Assembly (NCBI GenBank): GCA_963803355.1 | Contig: CAWDLV010000002.1 | Location: 146,829 to 210,828, forward strand | Length of the DNA stretch: 64,000 nucleotides | Origin: an uncultured Acidimicrobiales bacterium | GTDB lineage: Bacteria > Actinomycetota > Acidimicrobiia > Acidimicrobiales > Ilumatobacteraceae | Direction: 5' to 3' | Shown here: positions 21,976-31,216 of the stretch, in pieces | How the letters are laid out: each line of letters opens with the position of its first letter | How positions within the stretch are numbered: the first letter of the stretch is position 1 | Made by a program: the position numbers and the translations under genes | The notes under the pieces: generated by a model | Database searches by the model: none | Told to the model about the DNA's origin: nothing | The model's input: only the letters and a program-made list of their open reading frames with translations

Positions 21976-22957
21976 CACGGTGGGCCTCCGGCCGCCGCGC
22001 CGGCGGCCAGCTCCTCCAGCCAGCGCGACCATCTCGGCGCGGAGGTCCTCGGGCTCGAGGATCTCGGCGTCGTCGACCAGGCCCATCACCCACGACCGCA
22101 GCGCCCAGCGGTTGGCGTAGGGGACGGTGACGACGAGGTCCCCGCCCGGCCGGCGCTCCACGACCGCCGCCTCGCCCAGCTCCCGCACCACGGTCGGGCG
22201 CCTGCGCGGCGCTGATCCACACCCGCGCCGACACGACCTCGCCCTCGCCGACCATCTTGGCGTCGGCCGGGAAGGTGTCGGCCGGGTCGAAGCCGGCTGG
22301 GATCTCGAAGCGCGCCGCCCGGGCCGGGGACGACCGGCGCCCTCGATCCGGTCGACGCGGTAGGTCCGCACCTCGCTCGCGTCGTGGTCGAGGCCCATGA
22401 CGTACCAGAAGCCCGAGCGGGCCAGCAGGCCGTACGGGTCGAGGCGGCGGGGCCGGCCGCGGTAGCCGAAGGCGACCGTCGCCCGCTCGCTGTTGGCGGC
22501 GAACAGCTGGGGCAGGTCGGGCGAGGAGGCAGAGCGCGGCCACGACCGTCGGCGCGGCTCGCCCGCCGGCCGCCTGCGCACGTCGACCTCGCCGGCGGCC
22601 CGATCTTCAGCAGCGCATCCCCGCCCCAGTCCTCGCCCAGGTGGACGGTGGCCACGGCCAGCTGCAGGGCCCGCGTCTCGTCGTCGGTCAGGCCCAGGTC
22701 GGGCAGGGCGTAGCGGGACCGGTCGATCCAGTAGCCGGTGGCCCCGGCGCTGGTCGCCGCTCAGCACGGTCTGCTCCAGCGGCACGCCCTCGTCGCGGAG
22801 CTGCCGCTTGTCCCGCTCGAACGCGGTGCGCCGGGCCGGGTCGCGCGCCGGGTACTGGCCCCGCAGCTCGTGGGTGATCTCCTCGAGCGTCAGCGGGCGT
22901 GCGGGTCTCCAGCAGGAGCGCCACCAGGTTGGTGAGCCGCTCCAGCGGATCGGTCAT
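21976..22957 (-). CDS. pafB: PafB-like WYL-domain transcriptional regulator, frameshifted as sequenced. The boundary with pafC is approximate.
   Basis: The N-terminus is [22 protein letters not shown] second frame continues as [14 protein letters not shown]...GVPLEQTV. The WYL domain is TVAFGYRGRPRRLDPYGLLARSGFWYVMGLDHDASEVRTYRVDRI. The C-terminal part is LVVTVPYANRWALRSWVMGLVDDAEILEPEDLRAEMV. Confidence 0.6.
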
Positions 22958-23373
22958 GGACCGGGCGGGGACGGCGCAGCGCCGAGTGGTCGATCGCGTC
23001 GCGGACGACCTGCACGACGTCGTCCGCCGTGGCCCCGGGCGTGAGGACCGCCGGCGACGCCCTCGGCTCGGTCAGCCGCGGCACGTCCGGCTCGGGGATG
23101 ATCCCGCCCACGATCACCGGGATGTCGGCGCCCCGCTCCCGCACCTTCTCGCACGACCTTCGGGCGCCAGGGTCATGTGGGCGCCCGACAGCATCGAGAG
23201 GCCGATGGCGTCGACGTCCTCGTCGACCGCGGCGGCAGCCACCGTCTCGGGCGTCTGGAACAGCCCGGTGTAGATGACCTCGAACCCGGCGTCGCGCAAC
23301 ATGCGGGCGACGACCTTCACCCCGCGGTCGTGCCCGTCGAGGCCGACCTTCGCCACCAGCACCCGGTCAGCCA
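22890..23373 (-). CDS. Methylmalonyl-CoA mutase-type cobalamin (B12)-binding domain protein.
   Basis: [66 protein letters not shown] is the DxHxxG B12-binding motif. The continuation is [22 protein letters not shown]...[20 protein letters not shown]. There is one apparent indel. The 3' end is uncertain and may overlap the pafB start. Confidence 0.7.
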
Positions 23374-24250
23374 TCGGCTCAGCTTCCCGTAGTCGTAGAA
23401 GCCGCGGCCGGCCTTGCGGCCGAGGAGCCCGGCCTCGACCATCCGCGACAGGAGCGGCGGTGAGCGCGTAGAGCGGCTCCTTGAACTCCGTGTAGAGGCT
23501 CTCGGCCACCGCCATCGTCGTGTCGAGCCCGATGAGGTCGGCCAGGCGCAGCGGGCCCATCGGGTGGTTGCAGCCCTCGACCATGCCGGTGTCGATGTCC
23601 TCCGCGCTGGCGAAGCCCGACTCCAGCATGCGGATGGCCGAGAGGAGGTAGGGGATCAGCAGCGCGTTGACGATGAAGCCGGCCCGGTCCTGCGAGCGGA
23701 TCGACCCGCTTGTGCAGGACGTCGGTGGCGAAGGCCGACGCCCGCTCGGTCGTGACGCGGCGAGGTGAGCAGCGAGGTCACCACCTCGACCAGGCGCAGC
23801 ACGGGGACCGGGTTGAAGAAGTGGATGCCGATGACCTGCTCCGGCCGGCTGGTGGCCATGCCGAGCTTCATGATCGGGATCGAGGACGTGTTGGAGGCGA
23901 GGATCGCGTCGTCGGCCTCGACCACCTTGTCGAGCGCGGCGAACACCTCGGTCTTCAGCTGCTCGTCCTCCATCACGGCCTCGACGACCAGCTCCCGCTC
24001 GGCCAGGTCGGCGAGGTCCGTGGTCCAGCGGATCCGGGCCAGGGCGCCGGTCGCGCTCCTCCTCGGACATCTTCCCCGATCGGACGCCCCGGTCGAGGCT
24101 CGTCGTGACCCGGCGCTGACCGGCCTCGACGGCGCCGGCATCGACCTCGCGGACCATCACGTCGAGCCCGGCCCGGGCGCAGACCTCGGCGATGCCCGAG
24201 CCCATCAGGCCGCAGCCCACCACGCCGACCCGCTCGATCGTGTCGCTCAC
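23314..24250 (-). CDS. hbd: 3-hydroxybutyryl-CoA / 3-hydroxyacyl-CoA dehydrogenase, frameshifted as sequenced.
   Basis: The GTG start gives [31 protein letters not shown] (NAD-binding). A second frame carries [33 protein letters not shown]...[11 protein letters not shown]. The C-terminus is [57 protein letters not shown]...[13 protein letters not shown]. Confidence 0.75.
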
Positions 24251-24424
24251 TCGTGCACCGTCCAGTCCTGAGAGCCCGTGCGGCCTGGCACCGACTCCGT
24301 GTCGCGGGGACGCTAGCGCCGCCGCTGGCGGCGACCCGAGCCGCCCCGGCGCGGGCGCAACCCGAACGGCAGGATCATGAAGCGCGAGCTCAAGGACGAG
24401 CTCCTCGCCTGACGAGCCATGAGA

Positions 24425-24455
24425 GGGTCGGGCCACGCGAGCCGTGGCCCGACCC
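24425..24455. terminator. Strong GC hairpin, 13-bp perfect stem (GGGTCGGGCCACG-cgagc-CGTGGCCCGACCC), just downstream of the LIV solute-binding protein gene.
   Basis: The perfect inverted repeat lies 19 nt past the stop of the minus-strand gene. There is no T-tract, as is usual for actinobacteria. Confidence 0.55.
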
Positions 24456-24473
24456 TGCCCTGGCGGGTGCTCA

Positions 24474-25859
24474 GTCGGTGAAGGTGAACGTCTTGGCCGC
24501 GTCGGACTCGTAGTTCTTCACCAACGGCTTCAGACCGCCGTCGGTGTTGACAGTGGCCGGATCCATGGCGAAGACCGTGTTGGCGCGTGGTGCCTGCCGG
24601 ACGCCCGGATCACCGATCTTCTCGCTCGCGCCCAAGCCTTCGAAGTCGAGCTGGCCGAGGTCGTTGACGGCCTTGATGATGCCGTCGTGCGACAGGTCGC
24701 CGTTCTTCACCGCCTGCTCGAGCACCTGGGCAAAGGCCCACGCCTCGAGATAGCCGAACGCGAAGTAGATGTCGGGCTTCTGGCCGGCGTCGATCTTCGA
24801 GCTCTTGATGTCGTCGAGCATCTTCACCATGCCGGGGACTGACGTATCGCCCCAGAGCGGCCCCTCGCTCATCAACCAGTAGTGGGCCTTCATGTACGGG
24901 GCGAGCGGGGTGGCGAGGAACAGTGACACGAACGTCGGCGACTGGGCGATCCACTGCGGGTTGAACTGGGCCTGGGCGGCGCGACCGAGGATGCCGGCTG
25001 TCTCCGTCGGCAGGGACGTGAGCCACACCATGTCGCACTTGCCGTTCTTGAAGGCGTTGATCTGGGCCGTGAAGTCCTGGTCGCCCGGCTTGTGGGTCTG
25101 CTTGACCGCGATCTTCACCCCGAGCTGCTGGGCCGCGTACTCGAGTCCTTGCTCGCCGGCCTGGCCGTAGGCCGTGTCGTACACCATCGAGCAGACGACC
25201 TTGTCCTTGCCGTTCTTCTCGACCCAGTAGGAGAGGCCGTTGGCGGCCTGGATCTGGTAGGGCGCGAGGATGGGAAGAAGGTACTTCTCCTTCTGCCAGA
25301 TGCTATCGAGGGTGGCCGGCCCCACCAGGAGGTGGTCCTCGTTCAGGCTCTGCAGCAGGGCCTGGACCATGGGCGTGCCGATCACCTGCACGTAGCCGGC
25401 CACCTTGTCCTTGGTGGCGCCATACTGCTTGACCGTCTCGGCCACGTCGTACTTGGTGTCGCCCTCGACGAGCTGCACCTTGTACTTGCCGCCGACGCCG
25501 CCCTTGGCGTTCAGGGCCTCGAAGAAGACCCGGTTGCCGTTGGCGATGGGGATGCCGATCGGCGCTGCAACCGGGCCGCTCAGCGCCGTCAGCAAGCCAA
25601 GCTTGATGGTGGTCCCGTCGAAGCCGGGGACCGGGGTCGGCGCGGCGCCGCCGCCGCCAGCGGTGGTGCCCGGCGCGGCCGTGGTGGCGCCGCCGGCGGT
25701 GGTGCCCGGCGCGGCCGTGGTGCCGGCCGCGGCGGTGGTGCCCGGCGCGGCTGCGGCTGTGGTGCCCGAGGACGAGCCGCCGCTGCTCCCGCAGCCTGCC
25801 GCGACGAGGGCCAGGGCGAGGCCGATGCCGGCCACGTTCAATGCTCGTGTAGATCGCAT
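24474..25859 (-). CDS. Branched-chain amino acid (LivK/PBP1 type I) ABC transporter substrate-binding lipoprotein.
   Basis: The ATG start gives [28 protein letters not shown], a lipobox signal, followed by a Thr/Ala/Gly linker. LivK-family periplasmic binding domain conservation is present. It is the last gene of the livFG-...-livHM operon. Confidence 0.85.
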
Positions 25860-25938
25860 GCCAGTGATTCCCCCTTGGGGTTCGGTGGATGGTGCTTGGT
25901 TGTTGTGGGGTCGTGCGGGCATCGCCAGGTGATGCCGG

Positions 25939-27030
25939 TCAGTAGGAGAAGGGCCAGGACAGGAAGTACAGCTTGATCCGGCGCCACAGCGCCGCCAGCC
26001 CGTAGGGCTCGATGATCAGGAAGAGCACGATCAGGCAGCCGAACAGGATGTTGTTGAAGGCGCCGACCGTGAAGAGCTTGTCGTCGCCGAGGAAGGGCAG
26101 GTGGGTACCGAAGCGACGAGTGAGCTCGGGGACGAACCCGACGAAGAGGGCGCCGATGATCGAGCCGTAGATGGTGCCGAGGCCGCCGATGATGATGGCG
26201 GCGACGAACTGGATCGAGAGCAGAAGGCCCTGTGGCCCCGTGACCTGCTCGGGCGTGATCGACCGCAGCACGACGCCGAAGTACAGCGCCCCGGCCATCG
26301 CCGCGAACGCGCTCGACACTGCAAACGCACCGACCTTGTAACGGAGCAGGCTCACGCCGATGGCCTCGGCGGCCACGTCGCGGTCGCGCACGGCCTGCAT
26401 GGCCCGGCCAGGACGGCCGCGGACCAGGTTCTTGGCCAGCAGCGCCACCACCACGACCACGAGCCAGATCAACACGTACACGCCCTGATCCCTCGCCGGG
26501 AGGCCGATGCCGCCGAGGTGGGCGAAGTTGATGGGGCCGATGGTGAGCGGAGGGTTGGGCTGTTCACCTAGCCCGCCGCCCGTGAACCAGGTCCACCGGT
26601 TCCAGAGGTAGTCGCTCACATAGAGCAGACCGATGGTGACGATGGCGAGGTAGCTCCCGCGCAGGCGCAGGGCGAAGGGACCGATGGCGGCCCCCACGAG
26701 GGCGCCGATCACCGCCACCAGCAGCAGCCAGCCGATCACGCCGACGGCAGCGTCCTTGCCGATGTGGCCGACGGTGTAGCCGCCGATGGCGAGAAAGAAG
26801 GCGTGGCCGAGCGAGACCTGCCCGGTGTAGCCAGTGAGGAGGTTGAGCGAGATCGACCCGATGGCGAAGCAGCCGGCGATGGAGAGCGTCTGCAACCAGT
26901 CGCTCCCCAGCCAGTAAGGAAGCAGGGCGGCGAACACGATCAGGACGACCACGGCCAACCGCATGCTCCGGCTCCGGAAGATCGTCAGGTCTTGGCCGTA
27001 GGAGGTGTGAACCGAGCGCGCCCTGGACAT
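25939..27030 (-). CDS. livM: Branched-chain amino acid ABC transporter permease LivM.
   Basis: The ATG start gives MSRARSVHTSYGQDLTIFRSRSMRLAVVVLIV. It is polytopic. The start is fused to the livH stop. Confidence 0.85.
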   Translation of the reverse strand: MSRARSVHTSYGQDLTIFRSRSMRLAVVVLIVFAALLPYWLGSDWLQTLSIAGCFAIGSISLNLLTGYTGQVSLGHAFFLAIGGYTVGHIGKDAAVGVIGWLLLVAVIGALVGAAIGPFALRLRGSYLAIVTIGLLYVSDYLWNRWTWFTGGGLGEQPNPPLTIGPINFAHLGGIGLPARDQGVYVLIWLVVVVVALLAKNLVRGRPGRAMQAVRDRDVAAEAIGVSLLRYKVGAFAVSSAFAAMAGALYFGVVLRSITPEQVTGPQGLLLSIQFVAAIIIGGLGTIYGSIIGALFVGFVPELTRRFGTHLPFLGDDKLFTVGAFNNILFGCLIVLFLIIEPYGLAALWRRIKLYFLSWPFSY

Positions 27031-27926
27031 CAGACCCGTCTGACCTCCTTCGTGCCGAACAGGCCGTAAGGCCGAACGAGGAGCACGACGATGAGGACGA
27101 GGTAGGGCACCACCTTGTCGAAGCCGTCCCCGAGCCACGACATGTACTGCGGCACGTAGGCCGCGGCCAGGTTCTGGAGGATGCCGACGATGAGGCCGCC
27201 GGCGACCGCGCCGCCGGGCGAGTCCAGCCCGCCGAGGATGATGGCGGGGAAGACGGCGATGGCCACGAACTGCACCGTCGGCGTGATCTGCGTGGAACCC
27301 GTGGTGAAGCAGATCCCGGCCAGGGCGGCGCAGGCGCCCGAGATGCCCCACGCCGCCACGTACACCTTGTTGGGGCTGATGCCCTGAGCCATGGCGGCCT
27401 CGTGGTCGTTGGCGGTCGCCCGCATGGCAGTGCCGAAGCGCGAGTAGCGGAAGAACGCGAAGAACCCGGCCAGCGCGATGGCGGCCAGGATCAAGCGCCA
27501 GATGTAGGCCCAGGAGATGATGGCGCCGAAGAAGGTGACGGTGGTCAGGCCCCACGGGTCGTTCATGCTCAGCGCGTCGCCTCCCCAAACCGCGTTGATG
27601 CCCTCCTGGATGATGAAGAGCAGGCCGATGGTGACCATGATCTGGGCGAACACCGGCTGGCCGACGAGGAATCGGATGGCCACCTGCTCGAGGATCACGC
27701 CGAACAGCGCCCCCGCCACGGTGGCCACCACCATGGAGAGGTACCACGACAAGCCCCAGGTGTTGTGGGCGTTGTAGGCCATGTAGGCGCCGAACAGCAG
27801 CATGCCGCCTTCGGCGAAGTTGAGGACTTCGGTGGCCTTGAAGATGATGACGTAGCCCAGCCCGAGCAAGGCGTAGGCGGCGCCGACGCACGCCCCGTTG
27901 ATCACCGCTTCGAGGAACTGGCTCAC
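27030..27926 (-). CDS. livH: Branched-chain amino acid ABC transporter permease LivH.
   Basis: The 298-aa protein begins MSQFLEAVINGACVGAAYALLGLGYVIIFKAT, the canonical LivH N-terminus. Confidence 0.9.
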   Translation of the reverse strand: MSQFLEAVINGACVGAAYALLGLGYVIIFKATEVLNFAEGGMLLFGAYMAYNAHNTWGLSWYLSMVVATVAGALFGVILEQVAIRFLVGQPVFAQIMVTIGLLFIIQEGINAVWGGDALSMNDPWGLTTVTFFGAIISWAYIWRLILAAIALAGFFAFFRYSRFGTAMRATANDHEAAMAQGISPNKVYVAAWGISGACAALAGICFTTGSTQITPTVQFVAIAVFPAIILGGLDSPGGAVAGGLIVGILQNLAAAYVPQYMSWLGDGFDKVVPYLVLIVVLLVRPYGLFGTKEVRRV

Positions 27927-29419
27927 GGGCCGGTCTCCTCGAGGTACGGGACCTCGTCCAGCTCGGACGGCCCCGATGGCAGTCCGGTCGGTCGGTCGGA
28001 TCCGGCGACGGTGAGGTGGCCGTCGGCGTCGATCGAGGCGGCGCGCCCCGTGCTCACCCAGCCGTCGGGCCCCGGTGGGCCGGCCACGGCGTGAGCGACG
28101 TAGCCGGCGAAGGTGGCTGGCCCCCGGGTGTGGAGCAAGCCCTCGGCGTCGATCGTCACCTCCATGCCTGGTACCAACCGCCCGTTGGTCCCGCCACCAC
28201 CCGAGGTGCCGTCGCCGGCGGCGACGAAGCCTCCGCTTTCCAGATGGCTGAACGTGCGAGCCACCCCGACTCCGAGGCTGGAGAAGAAGTCCAGCGTGCC
28301 GTCGCTCGGTGGCGTGCTGTCGGCCAGACCCAACCGCAGCCGGCTGAGGCCGAGCTTCGCTCGCAGCGAACGGTCATCGAGGACCCATCGGGCGCGAGCG
28401 GCCACTGCGCCACCCGTCTCCTGGGTGCCCGATCGACGGGCCCACTGGTAGGCGCGCCGCTTGATGCGGGAGGCGTCGTTCATGCGCCGCTCGACCTCGG
28501 CCCGCACGACCTCCCACACTCCCATCTCCGCCAAGAAGAGCGTCGGCTGCACGAGCCGCAGGTCCGCCCCGAGCGAAGCCGTGCCCACGCCGTAGCTGAC
28601 CACCGCCCGAGCGAGCGCCGGCGCCACGGTGCTGGCGACGCGCCCCGTGAGGTCGGCCAGCGGGAGGTGAGCCACCAGCTCGTCGTCGGCGGTGAGGGCG
28701 AGCGCCTGGGCCAGCGAGGCACCGCCGGCGAGCAGGCTGGCGTGCGAGAACAGCACCCCTCGCGGGGCCGGCGAGCTTTGCGAGCCCGGCGGACCGCCGC
28801 CAGGGCCGGGGAAGACGACGACCGCCGGGTCGCCCGGTCCGATGCTGGCGGCGGCGTGCTCGAGGCTCGCAATCGCGTCGTTGGCGTCGGTGGGCGAGGA
28901 GGCACCGACGAGCCCCGACCAGGAGGCCACGTGGGCGCCCGTGAGCTCGAGGCCCTGCTCGTCGATGACGACGGCGCGGTCGAGCGTCGGGCACGTCGCC
29001 CGCGCCGCCGCGGCCCGATCCAGCTCGGCACCGTCCTCGACGACGACGGCACGGCAGCCGGCGAGGGCGAGGACCGAGGCGACGTGGACATCCGGCCACC
29101 GGGGATCGATGCCGACGCTCACGGCCCCGAGGCTCTGCACCGCCACATCGGCCACGAACCACTCCGGCCGGTTCGAGGCGACGAGTGCGACACGGTCACC
29201 CGCGCTCACCCCGAGACGGCTCAGCCCGGCCGCCATCTGCCCTGCCGCGGCCGCCACCTCGCTCCAGGTGTGCTCGCGCCAGCGGCCGAGCTCGTAGCGG
29301 CGCATGGCCACCGAGCCTCCATGGGAGCGGGCATTGGCGGCGATGAGCCCGACCACGGTGGGGGCGGCCGGGGTGACGGACAAGGCCGGTCCGGTCACGC
29401 GGGGCGCGGCGGCGGGCAT
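27923..29419 (-). CDS. AMP-dependent synthetase/ligase (acyl-CoA synthetase) embedded in the LIV-type transporter operon.
   Basis: The intact 498-aa ORF has AMP-binding family features (acyl-adenylate-forming fold; GDRVALVASNRPEWFVADVAVQSLGAVSV). There are 4-nt overlaps with livG upstream and livH downstream. Confidence 0.7.
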   Translation of the reverse strand: MPAAAPRVTGPALSVTPAAPTVVGLIAANARSHGGSVAMRRYELGRWREHTWSEVAAAAGQMAAGLSRLGVSAGDRVALVASNRPEWFVADVAVQSLGAVSVGIDPRWPDVHVASVLALAGCRAVVVEDGAELDRAAAARATCPTLDRAVVIDEQGLELTGAHVASWSGLVGASSPTDANDAIASLEHAAASIGPGDPAVVVFPGPGGGPPGSQSSPAPRGVLFSHASLLAGGASLAQALALTADDELVAHLPLADLTGRVASTVAPALARAVVSYGVGTASLGADLRLVQPTLFLAEMGVWEVVRAEVERRMNDASRIKRRAYQWARRSGTQETGGAVAARARWVLDDRSLRAKLGLSRLRLGLADSTPPSDGTLDFFSSLGVGVARTFSHLESGGFVAAGDGTSGGGGTNGRLVPGMEVTIDAEGLLHTRGPATFAGYVAHAVAGPPGPDGWVSTGRAASIDADGHLTVAGSDRPTGLPSGPSELDEVPYLEETGP

Positions 29420-29420
29420 C

Positions 29421-30203
29421 TCAGGACGCCCGGCCGAGATAGGCGTCGATCACGGCCTGGTTGTCGCCGACCTCTTCAGGGGTGCCGGTGGCGATCGGCA
29501 AGCCGAAATCGAGGGCCAGCACGCGATCGGCCAGATCCATGACCAGGTGCATGTCGTGCTCGACCAGGATCATGGCCAGACCTAGACGGCGCTGGGCCTG
29601 GAGGATGTACCCCGCCATGGCCTCCGTCTCGGCCGCGTTCATCCCCGCCACCGGCTCGTCGAGCAGGAGCAGCTCCGGCTCCATGGCCAGCGCCCGCCCG
29701 AGCTCGATGCGCTTCTGGACCCCGTACGGGAGCAGGCCGACCGGCCGGTTGCGGTAGCCCTCCAGCTCGAGCAGCTCGATCACCTGCTCCACCACCCGGC
29801 GGTTGGCGATCTCGTCGCCGCGGGCCCGACCCACCCACGCCATCGAGCTGAGGAACCCGGCCTTCATGCGATGGTGCCGGCCGAGCATGAGGTTCTCGAC
29901 GATGTCGAGGGTGGTGAAGAGGCCGAGGTTCTGGAACGTGCGCCCGACGCCCATGCCGGCGATGGTCGAGGGGCGCTTGCCGAGCACGCTGCGGCCATCG
30001 AGGCGGATGTCGCCGGTCTGGGGCCGGTAGACGCCGTTGATGCAGTTGAAGATCGAGCTCTTGCCGGCGCCGTTGGGCCCGATGATGGCGAACAGCTCGC
30101 CCCGGCCGACCTCGAAGGTCACATCGGTCAGCACTGTGAGACCGCCGAAGCGGAGTGACACGCCCGCGACCTCGAGGACGGCCGCCGGGGGCGAGCTCAC
30201 CAC
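29421..30203 (-). CDS. livG: ABC transporter ATP-binding protein LivG.
   Basis: Walker A is GPNGAGKSS. The signature is LPYGVQKRIELGRAL. Walker B is LLLDEP. It is LivG-type. Confidence 0.9.
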   Translation of the reverse strand: MVSSPPAAVLEVAGVSLRFGGLTVLTDVTFEVGRGELFAIIGPNGAGKSSIFNCINGVYRPQTGDIRLDGRSVLGKRPSTIAGMGVGRTFQNLGLFTTLDIVENLMLGRHHRMKAGFLSSMAWVGRARGDEIANRRVVEQVIELLELEGYRNRPVGLLPYGVQKRIELGRALAMEPELLLLDEPVAGMNAAETEAMAGYILQAQRRLGLAMILVEHDMHLVMDLADRVLALDFGLPIATGTPEEVGDNQAVIDAYLGRAS

Positions 30204-31030
30204 GCGACCACCTTGCGATTGGACTTCATCGTCCTGAACGAGCGACGCCCGGCCTCGCCTACCCCGAGGTAGAACTCCCGGATGTCGTCGTCGGCGAGCA
30301 GCTCCGGCGCCGGGGCGGACCGCACCATCCGCCCGGTCTCCATGACGTAGCCATAGTTGGCGATGGAGAGCGCCATCATCGCGTTCTGCTCGACCAGGAG
30401 GACGCTCGTGCCGGCGGCGTTGATGTTGGTGAGGATCCTTGCGATCTGCTCCACGATCATCGGCGCCAACCCGAGCGAGGGCTCGTCGAGCACGAGGAGC
30501 CGGGGCGACGCCATCAGGGCGCGGCCGATGGCCAGCATCTGCTGCTCACCGCCGGACAGGTAGCCCGCCGTCTGCCGACGACGCTCGGCCAGCTGCGGGA
30601 ACAGCTCCATCACCCGGTCGTAGCTCTTCGCGATCTCGGTCCGGTCCTTGCGGGTGATCGCGCCCATCTTCAGGTTCTCGTCGACTGTCAGCACGCTGAA
30701 GATCCGTCGCCCTTCCATGACCTGGGCGATGCCGGCGACCACCACCGAAGCGGCGGGCCGGCCGGAGATCTGGTGCCCGTCAAAGGTGACCGTGCCCCTC
30801 GTGAGCTTCCCGCGATGGGCCCCGAGCAGGCCGGTGATGCCCCGCAGCAGCGTGGTCTTGCCCGCCCCGTTGGCACCGAGGAGGGTGACGACTTGGCCCT
30901 CCTGGACCTCGAGGTTCACCCCCCGCAGGACCAGGCTGACATCGTTGTAGACGACCTCGACGTCGCGGACCTGCAGCAGCGCCGCGTGCTCGCGACGCTC
31001 CGATCGAACGCGGTCGGTGGCAACGCTCAA
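30197..31030 (-). CDS. livF: ABC transporter ATP-binding protein LivF.
   Basis: Walker A is GANGAGKTT. The signature is LSGGEQQMLAIGRAL. Walker B is LVLDEP. Confidence 0.9.
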   Translation of the reverse strand: MSVATDRVRSERREHAALLQVRDVEVVYNDVSLVLRGVNLEVQEGQVVTLLGANGAGKTTLLRGITGLLGAHRGKLTRGTVTFDGHQISGRPAASVVVAGIAQVMEGRRIFSVLTVDENLKMGAITRKDRTEIAKSYDRVMELFPQLAERRRQTAGYLSGGEQQMLAIGRALMASPRLLVLDEPSLGLAPMIVEQIARILTNINAAGTSVLLVEQNAMMALSIANYGYVMETGRMVRSAPAPELLADDDIREFYLGVGEAGRRSFRTMKSNRKVVAW

Positions 31031-31216
31031 GCCCCGCCGCCCGCCTGGCGGACCGGTGAAGCGTCGAGTAGGCGCATGTGCTGGCAGTCCCCCTTGTTGC
31101 GGTCTTCGGTTCGGCTACGGCCCCCCCGCAGCGCCTGGCGGCCACGTTAGCCGTCGCGAGCGACAGGCGTTCCCGCGCCACCAGCCGCAGCCGCGGACGT
31201 CCCCCGACGTCGACGA

